64,000 bases of DNA from Octopus vulgaris. Lineage: Eukaryota. The DNA lies in NCBI GenBank assembly GCA_951406725.2, contig OX597820.1, forward strand, positions 128,154,001 to 128,218,000. The letters are read 5' to 3'. The notes below the pieces were generated by a model. That model did not search any database and had not been told where the DNA came from. It saw only the letters and a program-made list of their open reading frames with translations. The translations under genes were made by a program, and so were the position numbers. Below are positions 1 to 13,793 of this stretch, in pieces (positions within the stretch are counted from its first letter, which is position 1; each line of letters begins with the position of its first letter).

Positions 1-256
1 TTATCGACAGAGCAATAGCAAATAACGCCAATGTTGTTTTGAAGCGAACTAAAAAGATAAGGAATTAAAGGAAAGTAGCTATTGACTAAATAACATTGTG
101 GCAGTTAAAGTAAGTTCCGAAAACTCTCATTTGGAAATGACAAGACTGGAGACATAGATACGGAATCTTTGTTTAAAAGCGTCTATAGATTCAATATAAG
201 GATAAACATAAGCTATTCATCTTAGTACCACTGTATTGGCCAGACAATCGGATGAT

Positions 257-525
257 GTTATACATCACTAGTCACAATGCGCTTTCTCGCATTGTTGTAG
301 CTTTCGAATGATACCACCCCGCTGGCTAGGCGGACAGGCCTATAATCCACCCCACTCCCGCTGCATGGAACATCAGTCTGTACCCATTTACTGCTGAGTG
401 GATAGAAACAATTGTTAAGAAGTATTTTACACAAGAACACAAAGCACGACCGGTCCAGGAATCGAAACGACGATCTTGAAATCGTGAGTGCAACACCCTA
501 ACGACTCAGTGACGCACCTTCACAA
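257..525 (-). mobile_element. Degenerate tRNA-derived SINE
   Basis: Reverse B-box-like head (ccaggaatcgaaac...gagtgcaacaccctaac); body resembles the copies at 15122-15403 and 31850-32103. Boundaries approximate. Confidence 0.6.
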
Positions 526-1397
526 TCTATTCAAAGGATATATAAATGGTTGCTGTTTATTTCCGGCAGGTCAGATAACCATGTAAACGCTCCCTCATTG
601 GCTCGCCGGGAAAGAAGGTTTATATTAGTAGTGTTGTAAGGTTTGCAATTAAACTTCAGCAAAACAATAAATTTAATATAAAGTGTAGACAATGCAAGTA
701 TAATTACGATAGTTGTGGTACAATAATATTTCTTAATATTTCCAGCGAGCATGATAGTTTTTATGTGTCTACAAAGAAATTGAAAATGTAATATTGTTTT
801 GCACTGATAAAATAAACTTTTCTTTTATTTTTTTAGATATATAACACAATCAATATTAGGAAAGGAAAACTAAGAAAACACGATATGTGTGCATGCGTGT
901 GCGTGCGTACGTGCGTGTATGTGTGTTTGTGTATATATATGAGGAGGGGTGTATGAATATGTGTGCGTAAACGCCAACATACACACAAATACATGAAAAG
1001 AAGCGTACTCAGTACGTAATGTTATTCATATTCTATTTTCGAAATTGAAAACGCGTCAATAGTTACTCTTATGTATCAAGTTTCATCTAGAATCTAGAAA
1101 GCATGAAATTGAAGACTCTATAATAACTACTAGAATGTGAATATATATATATATATATATATATATACGGGGGGGGGGGGCGTAGATGCCTGTTGAGATG
1201 GACGAAATCTATCAGGCTGAGTAAAAAGTAAGCAACGTTTTGAACCATGAATAAATTGTGCCAGATTTTTGCAGAGTTTTGAATTTATTCTAACCATTTT
1301 TTTGCAATTGTTTGATAATACAAACATAGACTTGCCTAAATGCATCAATAAATTAGCATTGGTATTTTTTTTTTCACCGTTGTTACAATAATCTGAA

Positions 1398-3808
1398 ATG
1401 GAACTGCCAAAGCGCGATATTCGAGCAATTTTGCTATTCAACTTCAAAAAAGGACGTAAAGCAGCTGAAACTGCTCGCGATATCAACGAAACGTTCGCTT
1501 CGGACGACTGTAATTTCCAGTAAATGTTTGCTATTGTTTATTGAAAGGTGTTGTATTGTTTTGTGCTGCTTTGCAGCTGTTTTATGATTGTGTTGTCTCT
1601 CAGCGTTTTGAGGAGAGATGGCGGAGTTTGAAATTTTGTTTTTATTCCGACCTGACTGAAATGGAGATGTCGGCGACAGAATTGTCACCACCGAATGAGG
1701 TACTTATAAACATGGAAGAAAGCAGAATTGTTTATAAAGTGTATTCTATCAAGGAGAGAAGAATTGAAAATGAGGCTACGGAGGAAATGGAGAAGGCATT
1801 GAGGCCATTCTGGCAAGAGATATCATATCTTGCCAGAGGAAGCAGTTACGGCATTGTTATTGTGCATTTCAAAGAGAAAGAAAAGGCAAAGGAGCACTCG
1901 CTAAATACAATGAAGACGGAAAGGGTAATTCTCCTACCCACATACCTCGGAATAAGAACTTCCAGAGTGAAAGTAGAGGGAATCCCCAGTGAAATAGACG
2001 TGGCTTGGGTGGTGGCAGCAGTACTTCTTGGAAATGAGAAGGAAGTGGCCGTGCTCCAAGCCACAGAAACAGAAGTAAGGAATTGGCGAGGCAAAGTTCT
2101 GGATATGTTGATACAAATTTCAGAATAAAATATGGAGAGACTGACAGAAACGGTGTCAGTAGGTAATACAGTGATGATGGTGTGAGTAGAGGGAAGAACA
2201 CCTCGCCGCTACAACGGTGGCCAAATGGGCCACATTGGAGTGGACTGGCCTAAAAAAAAACAGCATGCACAGGAGAAGGTCGAGAAGGATGAAGTAAATG
2301 GTGGAAGAGAAGGGGGAAACTGACGAGGAAGGATGGAGAGTAGCTGGAAGGAAAGAACAGAGGAAGAAGGACAGTCAAAGTGAACCCCAACCCGCATCCA
2401 CCACACCCTCTCAACCACACTCTCCTGCTGCTGACACTAAATCCACCCATTCCCCACCGACACAAAAACGGAAAAAAAGAAATACAAACATACAAAAATC
2501 ACAAGGCTCGCCTCCCGTGTGTTATGCTTGTGTTTTCTGTAAAGGTGTGGATAGGAGACTGACAGAGAAGTTATCACAGTGGAAGGACGTAAGGACTGTA
2601 AGTATGAAAGGAAGTGAAAAAGAAGATACGGTTGCATGCGCATTGGTGTCGGAAGGTCGTATGAAAGAGGTAATGGAATACAAAGATGGTTTTAGATATA
2701 GAAAAGTGGTTTGTGATTTAAAGGAAATACAAATGAAATAGAAAACGGAGAGTTAGAAGAACAACAGGGTATAGACATGAACTGGATATAAAAAGGAAGT
2801 AAATAATGCTGCTGAGGTGGGGTAGGTGGCGCTTTTTCATATCTCATTTCATTTTTTCCATTTATGTTATCATAATTTTATTTTAATTGTTATATGTCCC
2901 CACATGTTTTGTGTCGTCCTTCCGAAACGACGTTAATATCTATTTACGCCTTTTATAGGTAATAAAAAAGCACAACGAAACATTTGGTGAGATAGTGAGC
3001 GTAGTGGACGTCCATCTGTCATCAATGACGGTCAACTAAAGGCCGTCGTTGAGAAAGATCCACGTAAAACCACTCGAGAACTGGCAAAATAACTTCAACT
3101 TTGCCAGAAAAATGCCTGCAACCATTTGCATGCGATCGAAAAATCAAAAACGCTTGACAGGATTTGAATGAAAATCAGAAAAATGCGCAGATTTGAAATT
3201 TGTTCGTCGATTCTTCTCCGTGACCCTTGCGATGAAAAGTGGATTCTGTATAATAATAAAAATCGCTCTTCGCAGCGACGGTTGAACCAAGATGAAGCAC
3301 CAAAATAAACCCTCCCTAAACCTGAGCTTTTCAAAAAGGTTATGGTGATTGTTTGGTGGTGTACTCTTGGACCCATCCTCTATAACTTCTTAAAACCCAG
3401 AAGAAACATTACTGCAGAAATATATTGCCATGAAATTGCCAAAATGAACGGAAATCTGCTACTTCTCCGTCGCAGACTGGTCAACACCTAAGAGAGCCGA
3501 TCATTCTTCATAACCCTGTCCGACCACGCGTTTCAGTAATGACGCTCCAGAAGTTGAGGGAACTTGGCTACGAAGTTCTTCCCCGCCCAGCTTATTTCCC
3601 AGACTTTTCTCTTACCCACCACCACTTTTTCAAGTACCTTGATGGTTTCTTGCGAGAAAAGGAGTTCAAAAATCAATCCGATGCTGAAAGTGCGTTCAAA
3701 GAGTTCATCAGTTCCAGAACTGCAGAATTTTATGTTACCGGAATAGACAAACCTGTTACTCGTTGGCAAAAATGTGTTGATTGTATTGGTACTTACATTG
3801 ATGAGTGA
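1398..3808 (+). pseudogene. Mariner transposase pseudogene (split 1398-1492 and 2973-3808)
   Basis: N-terminus MELPKRDIRAILLFNFKKGRKAAETARDINET (HTH), then ERSGRPS, CDEKWILYNN, KKVMVIVWW, LPRPAYFPDFS (YSPDL-like) and C-terminal RWQKCVDCIGTYIDE*; stops, frameshifts and deletions present. Confidence 0.9.
1493..2972 (+). mobile_element. ORF1-only (gag-like) non-autonomous retroelement inserted in the mariner
   Basis: 9-bp direct repeat caacgaaac at 1484-1492 and 2973-2981; ends in aataaaaaagca; ORF 1541-2128 continues in frame past stops into a C-x2-C-x4-H-x4-C-spaced knuckle relic (2207-2248); second ORF 2298-2741; no RT or endonuclease seen. Confidence 0.7.
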
Positions 3809-3974
3809 AATTAATTTCATGTTTCAAAACTACTTTTTACTCAGCCTGATATCTTATCAGATATCTACGCGCACAAGAAGTCATACGTTATGGAGCTGTG
3901 TCAAACTGGTATTAAGATATTGTAATTCCTATCAAATGTGTTGAGTGCTTCTCTGTTTTATTCATTCCCTCGTA

Positions 3975-4270
3975 CTTAGCGGTTGGAGTATCCTATTCGC
4001 AATCATAAGGTCGTGAGTTCGATCCCCCAGAGACGTGTCGTGTCCTTGAGCAAGACACTTTATTTCACGTTGCTTCCGTCCGCTCATCTGGCAAAAATGA
4101 ATTGTACATGTATTTCAGAGGGCCAGTCTTGTCACATTCTGTGTTACGCCGAATCTCCCTGGGAACTGCATTAAGGGTACGTGTATCTGTGGAGAGCTCA
4201 ACTACTTGCACGTTAATTTCACGAGCAAACTGTTGTTGATCACTCTTAGTCGTAACCGACGATGTGCCAT
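3975..4270 (+). mobile_element. tRNA-derived SINE with CORE/V-like central box
   Basis: A-box-like ttagcggttggag, B-box gagttcgatccc, then gtgtccttgagcaagacact; related copy at 35297-35590. Confidence 0.7.
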
Positions 4271-4295
4271 GGTTATAATAAAAACAATTTTACAT

Positions 4296-4545
4296 TACGG
4301 AGATGTACCTGTATAGCGTGTGACTTGATCTGAGATCGTGTGCTGGAACGAAAACAATTGCAGCGTGGAAGGTGTTTATAAGCCATTTAAACATCACGAT
4401 GCAGCACGAAGTTTTGTCAGTGAACAGGTCGCGGTCTCAAAGTGACGAAAATATTTTTGACAAATTAAATTTAAATGTTGAAGTGAATCTAAGGGTTTTG
4501 TGTGTTTCTTAAATGGCTTGAAAACATCTTCCACGTTGCGATTGT
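4296..4545. mobile_element. PLE-type terminal repeat fragments in inverted arrangement
   Basis: 37-bp imperfect inverted repeat 4354-4390 / 4509-4545 around a hammerhead-like fold; same family at 47656-47831. Confidence 0.6.
4413..4464 (+). ncRNA. Hammerhead-like motif with G3-C8 core swap
   Basis: Stem I tttgtca/tgacaaa, core GTGAACA, stem II gtcgc/gtgac, GAAA, palindromic aatatt helix III. Confidence 0.6.
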
Positions 4546-5368
4546 AATTTTACATTAAACTGAACGTTTATCGATACGTTTGTTAGAATACAAATTATCA
4601 TTCGTTAACAAGTATAGTATTGGAAGTGACTTCGAAGTTTCAATTAGCAAAGTCATCACCGTACAGTCCGACAATAGCTTAGATTGGAGACACTTCGAAA
4701 TCACTGTCAATATTGTTCATGTTGTTGAATAATGTGCGAATGTGTCTGCGCGCGCATGTATACAGGTGAGAATGTTGTTCTATGAATGGGAAAGAGTTAA
4801 GGAGGAAAGCAGCGGTGTGTGGGTGTTGGAGTATTTCCGTGTAATGAGTTAGACATGAAGAGCGAGCTATATGCATGTGTTTTTGCGGAGAGTTGTATGT
4901 GCCTAGAAATGTAAATATATCTGCTGATTCGATTGCCTTTGAGAAAATACTTGAAACTTGGTAAGGAGTCAGCAGCTGGAGATGTAGTCGTTAACAGTAT
5001 AGCATATGCTTGCAAATCTACGCATTATCAAACATATACAAGTGATATAAATACACGGCTACAACGGATGTATTTGTATGTATTGTTAGTATGGCATATA
5101 GCTGGTTAGAATGTTACCGTGGGTTTCGCGTTGACATTTGTTTAAGTGCAATATTCGGCGCGAAACAGAGGGTAACGCTTTCTCCGGTTGTATGTCATTA
5201 CCAGATAACCAGTAATATACTGGTCGACTATATGTACAACTATAACCACTGAGTGTCTTTTTCTTTAACTTATAGACAGCTACCTGATAATGCACAAAAA
5301 CACACAGACACACAGAAACAGACACGTCTATATCCATCTATCTATCTATCTATCTATCTATCTATTTA

Positions 5369-5408
<40 letters not shown>

Positions 5409-5571
5409 TGTATGTATACACACACGTACGCAGATACACAAACACACACATATAAAATATATATACATGCATACATGTGTATGAGCGCGTGTATATGCGC
5501 ATGTTTATTTACAGATTCATGCATTTTAATAAAAAAAAGACACACTCACACATATACATATATCTCTATGT

Positions 5572-5644
<73 letters not shown>

Positions 5645-5933
5645 TGTGTATGTGTGTACGTATTTATATGTGTGTGCAGTCGCATGAACAGAGCACAATT
5701 CTTACAGGGCACAACTTTTCAACTTTTCAATCTGTTACGTGTCTCGTTGGTCTACTTATTTTTCCGTTCAAGCAAGCACGAGCAAACTAATGTATTGTTG
5801 GAAAGATAGAAAAAAAAATCATTCAGCAAACGATGCAGAAACGCCAAAAAGATAAGCACAGGAAGTTGTACGCATAGACACATTCATATTCAAATACTTT
5901 TACACGTGTACCCACATAATCGCATACGTACGG

Positions 5934-6067
<134 letters not shown>

Positions 6068-6584
6068 TTGTATGTATGTATGTGTGCATGTATATATAAT
6101 GGAATGGCTTTAGAGCTTTGGAGAAGCGAGTGTCTTTGGAGTGATAAAATGTATATTCTTTTTGCCGAACGGTTCCATTAAAAGAACCTATGCCATTGTT
6201 TCGTTGTCGCTTCTTAAAACAACGTGACAGAAGCAACTGCGCAAACAATGACAAGAACTGCAACATTAAAAGTATTATGAATGCATTCACGTTCATAAAC
6301 AATAGTCATTAAAAACTACTTCCTTCCCAAAAGGGACATCTTATTGTACTCTGTACTCTAAAAACTTTAAAAATGCAGCAAAAACAACACGAACAACAGC
6401 AACAACAACGGCAGTAGCAGCAAAGCTAATTGCTTCCGGTGTCTAACGGAAGTGCTCTTTCATGGAAGCTATTGAAAGGCTGGAACCAGTACAAGAACAC
6501 CAGAAGAATATTATATGACAACTTTTCCTAATACGAAGAACGGAATAAAGGAAATAGCAGTTGCAACAGCAACAGCAACAGTGA

Positions 6585-6740
6585 CTACTACTACTAGCAC
6601 CACAACACCACCATCACCAACACCGCCACCACCACCGCCACCACCACCGCCACCACCACCACCACCATCATCGACACCACTACTACTACTATTACTACTA
6701 ATACTAATAGTAAGAACAACAACAACAACAACATCAACCA
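6585..6740. repeat. Compound (CCA)n/(CTA)n/(CAA)n trinucleotide repeat
   Basis: Visible tandem triplets; source of the poly-P and poly-G ORFs. Confidence 0.9.
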
Positions 6741-7127
6741 ATAATCATAGTAATAATCTTTTATTTGCCACTGAGGCATAATACTACTATTGCTTATAGT
6801 AACATAACAACAATAGAGAACTGCGGAATGCTAGATTAGTTGGTTTGCCCAACTGGTTTATACAACTAAACCACCCTATCTCATCTTTAAAATACCCTAT
6901 AAATATAATTTTGGTTTTCATTATGTCATACACTGCGGAAAAGCTAATGTTGTGTAATTCAGGCGAGCATCTCAGATAAACCACCGATGTGGTTTCTTCA
7001 AGAAGTTCCACTTTTATCCGTTACGGGCTATAAACAGTGTTTGAGCTTCAAATCACTAAACACTCTTCGTTTAGGTCTAAGAACTCTGGCTAAGATTAAA
7101 TCTGAGCAGATTATAATAATCCTCTCT

Positions 7128-7260
7128 ACTAAAGGCACAAGGCCTGAGACTTGGGTGGGAGGGAACTAGTCGAACACATCAACCCCAGTGTTTCACTGGT
7201 ACTTAATTTATCGACCCCGAAAGGATGAAAGGAAAAATCAACCCCATCGGAATATGAGCA
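7128..7260 (-). mobile_element. SINE family B fragment
   Basis: actggtacttaatttatcgaccccgaaaggatgaaagg is shared with 9602-9970 and the clusters at 30 kb and 49 kb. Confidence 0.7.
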
Positions 7261-7881
7261 GATGATAAAGATAAATGCAGAAAAACGATTTAGAATGAGA
7301 TGTCGGTGTTTAGGAGTTCGCACCAAAAGCTAAATCCTCAAACAATTCTTGCCAGCTAAATTGGAAACTATATTAGAATTCATAGTAGAATCGGATTTCC
7401 GATTTCCGGATTAGTGATAGCCGACTGCACTTGAAATGTTGTTGGTACGTAAACTAACAATGATATCTAACTCCAAAATGTGCCAGATGATCGGGGTGGG
7501 GACAAAGCACTACTTCTGTGAAAGATAAAGAAAAAAGCCCAACTCGTTATTAACGAAAGAGTTCAAATAAAAGACGGCAATAAATGGCATTCAAACATGA
7601 TTTTAAAATGAAAATATATTAGAACTCCGTAGAAACAGTGTTTGACCTCACGATGCGGAGAAGCAGCGGCTTGGCAGGGAAAAACTTTCTAATATCCGAG
7701 CTCCGTACCCTGTCAGGTAACCTTACTACAAAGGTTCTTCAGAGGAATCCCATTTCGACTGCTTGTATTTGCAATCGCACTCTTTTAGTTATTACCTAAC
7801 TTTCATGACCATAGATTATAATAGGCACTAAACGGAATTGGAGGTCGCGCATGTTTTTGTAACCAACTTCTCTTCTTCCGA

Positions 7882-7882
7882 A

Positions 7883-7945
<63 letters not shown>

Positions 7946-7955
7946 CAGCAGCAGC

Positions 7956-7990
<35 letters not shown>

Positions 7991-8030
7991 CGGTAGCAGC
8001 AGCAGCAGTAGTAGTAGTAGTAGTAGTACA
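7882..8030. repeat. (TAG)n/(CAG)n microsatellite
   Basis: Direct reading. Confidence 0.95.
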
Positions 8031-8107
8031 CTAGTACTTATCTTTTCTTCCTCCTCGTCTTTTCTTCTTTTCTTCTTTTTCTTCTTTTCTACTTCTTGTT
8101 CTTGTTT

Positions 8108-8156
<49 letters not shown>

Positions 8157-9191
8157 CTCTACGTGGTTACAGAACCTAATAGAAATAGCAGCTATATGAC
8201 CTTTACTGTTGCATATGAAGGAGCGTTGTCTGTTAAGGTTCTCACCATATCCTCATGGATTTCTGATAGAGTCATGCCTTTCAAATGAAGGTACTCTATG
8301 ACAGCACGGTACTCAGTTTTCTCCATTTTCCTTGTAACCTCGACACTTTTTTATTCAAAAATCTGTAAAAAAGAAAAATTAAAATATCAGAATCATGAAA
8401 ATGAGCAAGAATACTCTGAAAAGACTACTTATCAGGAAAAAAAAGTTTTATGCTACCTAGCAGCCCTGTTTCTAGGTTAGGCTCAAAACTTTTCATACAA
8501 CCCTCGTACATCACGCTATTTCCTTACAAAAAGGTTTCGTTCTATAATGTAACCTTGGCTCCCCTGCACATATGAAAAATAACGTGACGGTTATGGCTGG
8601 AATGATCTTGATTATAAATTCTTAAGCAAAATGCATTTTTATTTGGTTTTATGACAGAAATAGTATTATTGCTTATTATATTACTTTTACCTCTCAGATA
8701 TTAATTTGAAGGACTTCCTGCGTTATAACCATAAAAAAAAATGTTTGTGCCAGTTCTAACCATAACGCCTTCTTATAATTTCCTGCAATTCAGACCACCT
8801 TATGGTCTCTGCAGACAAAAATGGAAAGGCCGTTGCCCAGAATGGCGGCAAGGAAGATGCGCTGGAACAGTCACTCTGGCTCACAGGACTCGCACTTGCG
8901 GATATCCATCTCTGCGCCGATAGCTGTGAGCAAGGATATCGTCCGGGAACCGAGAACGCTGGAGGTCTCTACTACCACAGGTTTGACCATGGTCTGCTCA
9001 GCCACGGTTGACCGAGGGTAAAACGACAGCAAAAGCGTTTTTTCTTGAATACGACAGAAAACATGTTCAAGCTGATAATCGGCTGCACGTAACGATCCCA
9101 TACACATCTGCCTTGTATCTTCCTCTTATCTTTCCGTATGCCTTCCCTATTTCTTCCCTACCTCTTTCTTTTCTTCCATCATCTTCCAACT

Positions 9192-9451
9192 CAGTGGCTC
9201 TCAACTGGGGCCCATATGATCCTTGAAGGTCCATATAAGATCTTATTGCTAAAATTTATCGGCAATAGATTGGTTATGCTTCTACAATAAACAAAATATG
9301 TTAAAAATTATTTTTATACAATTCTTAACAATATTTAATTATAAAAATATAATAGGAGCTTTTAAACATCAAATGGCTAGGAGGGTCCATCCGAGTAAAA
9401 TATGAATCAAAGGGGTTCATGGGTAAAAAGGAAAATGATTGAAGGACTCTA
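9192..9451. mobile_element. Possible hAT-type MITE remnant
   Basis: Left end cagtggctctcaactgggg resembles hAT/Charlie TIRs; the right end (gattgaaggactcta) is degenerate. Confidence 0.35.
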
Positions 9452-9601
9452 TTCTAACTGGATCTCCTTCGTACGGTAATGAGGATTAAGTTGCTAGGTC
9501 AATTATTTGCTCTTGAATAATGTATTGGCGGCTGAGCGCCAATGAACGCATGGACTCTTAACGTAATTCTCAGTCAGGATCAGCTTGATACAATGTGTGA
9601 G

Positions 9602-9970
9602 AAGGCGGCGAGCTGGCAGAAACGTTAGCACGCCGGGCGAAATGCGTAGCCGTATCTCTTCTGCCGACGTCGATAAATTAAGTACCACTTACGCACTGGG
9701 GTCGATATAATCGACTTAATTCGTTTGTCTGTCCTTGTTTGTCCTCTCTGTGTGTAGCCCCTTGTGGGTAGTAAAGAAATAGGTATTTTGTCTGCCGCTA
9801 CGTTCTGAGTTCAAATTCCGCCGAGGTAGACTTTGCCTTTCATCCTTTCGGGGTCGATAAATTAAGTACCAGTTACGTACTGGGGTCGATATAATCGACT
9901 TAATCCGTTTGTCTGTCCTTGATTGTCCCCTCTGTGTGTAGCCCCTTGTGGGTAGTAAAGAAATAAGAAA
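9602..9970 (+). mobile_element. SINE family B with internally duplicated 3' half
   Basis: Head aaggcggcgagctggcagaaacgttag, B-box gagttcaaattcc, central gactttgcctttcatcctttcggggtcgataaattaagtacc; the 3' ~110 bp occurs twice. Confidence 0.8.
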
Positions 9971-10616
9971 CTGTGTGACAGTGCATGGCGAGATTGTATC
10001 ATTTCAATTAAAGATAAAATCCAGGCGACGAGCTTCTGTACAGTTTCTTCTGTATTTATCCAATTTCCCTCTCAAGTCATGGGTCGACAAGAAGCAATGG
10101 AAAATATGCTACACGGTGGGATCGAACCGATCCGTCGTGGTTGAGAATTAAGCTTCTTAAACTTTGCCATTCGGCTGTATCTTCTGACAAACTAATAAAA
10201 TGAAATTGCATTACACGCTTTATGTGGCCAGTATATACGCTACACAACACTGCGCATGCCACTCTTGAAGAGCACTACACCGTCTCTTGGATGACATATC
10301 GATATATTCCTAGCTATTTCATAAAACAATTTACAACATAAATGCTGAAAAAATAAACATATATATGTATATATGTATGTGTGTGTGTGTATGTATGAAT
10401 GTATATGTATAAGTGTATATATATATGTGTGTGTGTGTGTACTTGTGTGTATATGTATATATATATATTTGCGTGTGTGTTTGTATGTATGTATGCATGC
10501 ATTATACGTACACTTATATGTCAGTATGTATCTCTATGTATGCTTACGTTTATATATATATATTTATATATATTTATTTATATATGCATCCATATACATA
10601 CATACATATTCATACA

Positions 10617-10678
<62 letters not shown>

Positions 10679-10758
10679 TATACACATACATATATCTGTG
10701 TGTGCATGTGTATGTACGTGTGTGTGTATGTGTGTGCATGTGTCTCTGTGTGTGTGTA

Positions 10759-10789
<31 letters not shown>

Positions 10790-11019
10790 GTACGTGTGTG
10801 TGTATGTGTGTGCATGTGTCTCTGTATGTGTGTGTGTGTTTGTGTGCGTGTGTGTGTGTGTGTGTACGTATATCTTATACCATTTAATTTTCGATCAAGA
10901 TAATGAGAATTTTGCTTTTCTTTCATAAACCTTGTTTATTTACATTTCTGTAACGTTTCAATATGATATTGATTGCACGAGCTTACTTTGTTATTTTTTT
11001 ATTCTCCTTCTTCTGGCAC

Positions 11020-11040
11020 CATCATCATCATCACCATCTC

Positions 11041-11071
<31 letters not shown>

Positions 11072-11106
11072 CCATCTCCTTCATCATCATCATCATCACC
11101 ATCTCC

Positions 11107-11149
<43 letters not shown>

Positions 11150-11157
11150 CCATCTCC

Positions 11158-11206
<49 letters not shown>

Positions 11207-11230
11207 ACATCATCAACATCATCATCACTA
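11020..11230. repeat. (CAT)n microsatellite with periodic caccatctccttc interruptions
   Basis: Direct reading; explains the poly-H/S/I/D/M ORFs. Confidence 0.95.
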
Positions 11231-11920
11231 CTAACAGAATTTTGACTTGTTTGAGCGACCAAGGGACGCTTTATTTGATCGTTCGATATGCAAGAAAGAA
11301 CAGTCAGTTTTCCCTTTAAAAAAGAAATTAGCGAGAGAGAAAAAAGAACAGTAACAAGGCACTTTCTATAATATAATCATGAAATCATTATTTCAAAAAG
11401 ACGGGAAGATCACGGCTGGAATGCTATCTATTATACGTTAAGAAAACCGCTTCGCAACCAAGTGGTTCCTGGTTCGATTTCTCTGTACTGTGCTGCATCT
11501 TGGGGGTCTTCGACCATAGCCTCAAATTTCATAGATATTTTTAGTCAATGATTTTCCTAGACAGAAACTGTACTGAATCCCATCATATATATTATTCTCT
11601 TTGTTTTACTCATTGGTCTACAACTAAGCTGGGGTATCAACTTGAAGGATTGAGTCGAAGCTATTGACTCAGGTCGAACCTCAGAGTGATCGGACACAAA
11701 CAAAGCGTTGACGTAGATGCACATGTTGAGTGACTGACGGACACATGCAAACACTTGCACACACACAGATAAACGCATGCGCGCATACACGGACACGCTA
11801 GAATTACTGTCTCGCAAATATGACGCACGAGCGAGCCCAAACTTCCACGCTTTGGTGATTGAACCCAAAACCATGTGGTTGCTAGGTGAGCTGATTAGCC
11901 ACACTGCTATACATGCACCT

Positions 11921-11985
<65 letters not shown>

Positions 11986-12015
11986 CGTATATACATATAC
12001 ACACACACACGTGTG

Positions 12016-12049
<34 letters not shown>

Positions 12050-12109
12050 CGTGCGTGCGTGCGTGTGTGTGTGTATGTGTGTTCGTGTGTGTACATTTGC
12101 AGTGCATTG

Positions 12110-12690
12110 ATCACACTTCAGCGATTGTATTCCCGATTAAGCACGCGACATCTAGCTGCCTTGCTACAAGCCCTCTTCAGTCGGTTTGGGATTATGGCCA
12201 TTCCTTGCGTTCTTTGTCTACCTTTTGATCTACAGCTCTCTACTCTTCCTTCCGTGATAATGTTTTCTAGACTTCTACTTCTCGAAATATGGCCGGAATA
12301 AATGAACTTTTGTTGTTTTCACAATGTTCAGGTAGTTGTTGTCTTTGAACCTTCCTGTAACACCCATTCTTTTGTTCTATTGCCCTTGTAAGAGGCTCTT
12401 CACACTTTCCTTTATACCCACTTTTCAAATGCATTTCGTATATTCTCTTCAAATTTGTTCTGAGTCCATGCTTCACAACCATAAAGCTCTATTGGCCAAG
12501 TGAGCGTTCGTTCTAGCCTTGGATCGGCACTCTTTTGCCGATCCAGATGTTATTAAGCTTTTCAATAGACGTTCTTGCCATGGCTAACAGTTCCCTAATT
12601 TCTTTCTTGCATGTGGCTTCATCAGAGATTTGGACTCTAAGATACTGGTACAATTCAACCTATTTGAGCCTCTCTCTTCCTCCATGATGA
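12110..12690 (-). pseudogene. RTE-type LINE reverse transcriptase C-terminal remnant
   Basis: Minus-strand motifs YQYLRVQIS, KKEIRELLAMARTS, YGCEAWT, SGHISR..LENIITEGRVE..RSKGRQR. Confidence 0.75.
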
Positions 12691-13301
12691 AAATATCTAA
12701 AATACAATTAAACATTATAATTCATTAAAAAATTTCTCGATTTTTTAAAGCAATATTTCGTTCGTTCTTTTGTGTCATTGCCGCTTTTAATACAAAATAT
12801 GTTAATTGATTTGATGAAAATAGTTAACAAAATTGATAAAGAACAATAAAAATTCAGTTATATTAATTATATTGATATAGTCGGAATATTTAATATGAAA
12901 TGTGTTTGTTGAATACTAATTATTCCGTCGATATTTGGTTGGAAATTGGTGAATTTCAACCTTAGATTACTGGGGTTGAAATTAGAACACTGAGTTCTAG
13001 ATTCCCTCCGTTAATAAATCAGCGCTGTTGATGCTCAAAATCGTGTTATGTGCTTATCGACCCCTTGGATATCCACACACACCCCCAATGATTAATCTGA
13101 CCACATTACAAACCTCTGATCTTACTAAATTCTCTCATAAAGCTTGTCTCAAACGGAGACATTTACACGGAGACATTGCATATCCCTTAGCAAGATCGAT
13201 CTCACTTCCTCATGGCTTCAAAGCAAGATTTTCAACCACAAAGTCTTGTCTATACATTAAAACATAGTAAAAGTGCATAAAATTTTGTAATGTTGTTTCA
13301 C

Positions 13302-13366
<65 letters not shown>

Positions 13367-13680
13367 TGTCTCTCTCTATCTCTCTTACACAAGTTCTTTA
13401 GACATTTTCAACTCGAATTTTCACATCTACTTCTTTGTCACTTTGTTCAACTTATTACTACTTGTATTATTAGAATTATTTCTTCTCCACTTCTATTCCT
13501 GCTGTTACTTCCTTTCCATTGTTTACTTTTGCTTTTAACTTTAGTTTGTTTTCATCAGCTTTTCATCGCCTGTCTCACTCTTTATTTCCGTTTGATTTTA
13601 CACTTTTCCTTCACTTTTTGTACACGTTTTTGTTCCTTACTTCTTTTTCCCTCTAGACTTCCGTTACAATTTTTACTTCT

Positions 13681-13793
<113 letters not shown>

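Larger units (their letters stand above)
1210..3851 (+). mobile_element. Full-length decayed mariner DNA transposon (Mos1/Hsmar-like), interrupted by an insertion
   Basis: Perfect 19-bp TIRs tcaggctgagtaaaaagta (1212-1230) and tactttttactcagcctga (3831-3849), each flanked by TA; transposase motifs lie between them. Confidence 0.93.

Noticed and set aside
6511-6781. Proline-rich or glycine-rich protein
   Set aside because: Trinucleotide repeat with no splice or domain context.
8741-9226. GC-richer segment with overlapping short ORFs as a host exon
   Set aside because: No recognisable domain or clear splice pair; more likely an old LINE 3' remnant (NRERWRSL) but unproven.
10932-11319. Poly-His, poly-Ser, poly-Asp and poly-Met ORFs
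   Set aside because: Translations of a (CAT)n microsatellite.
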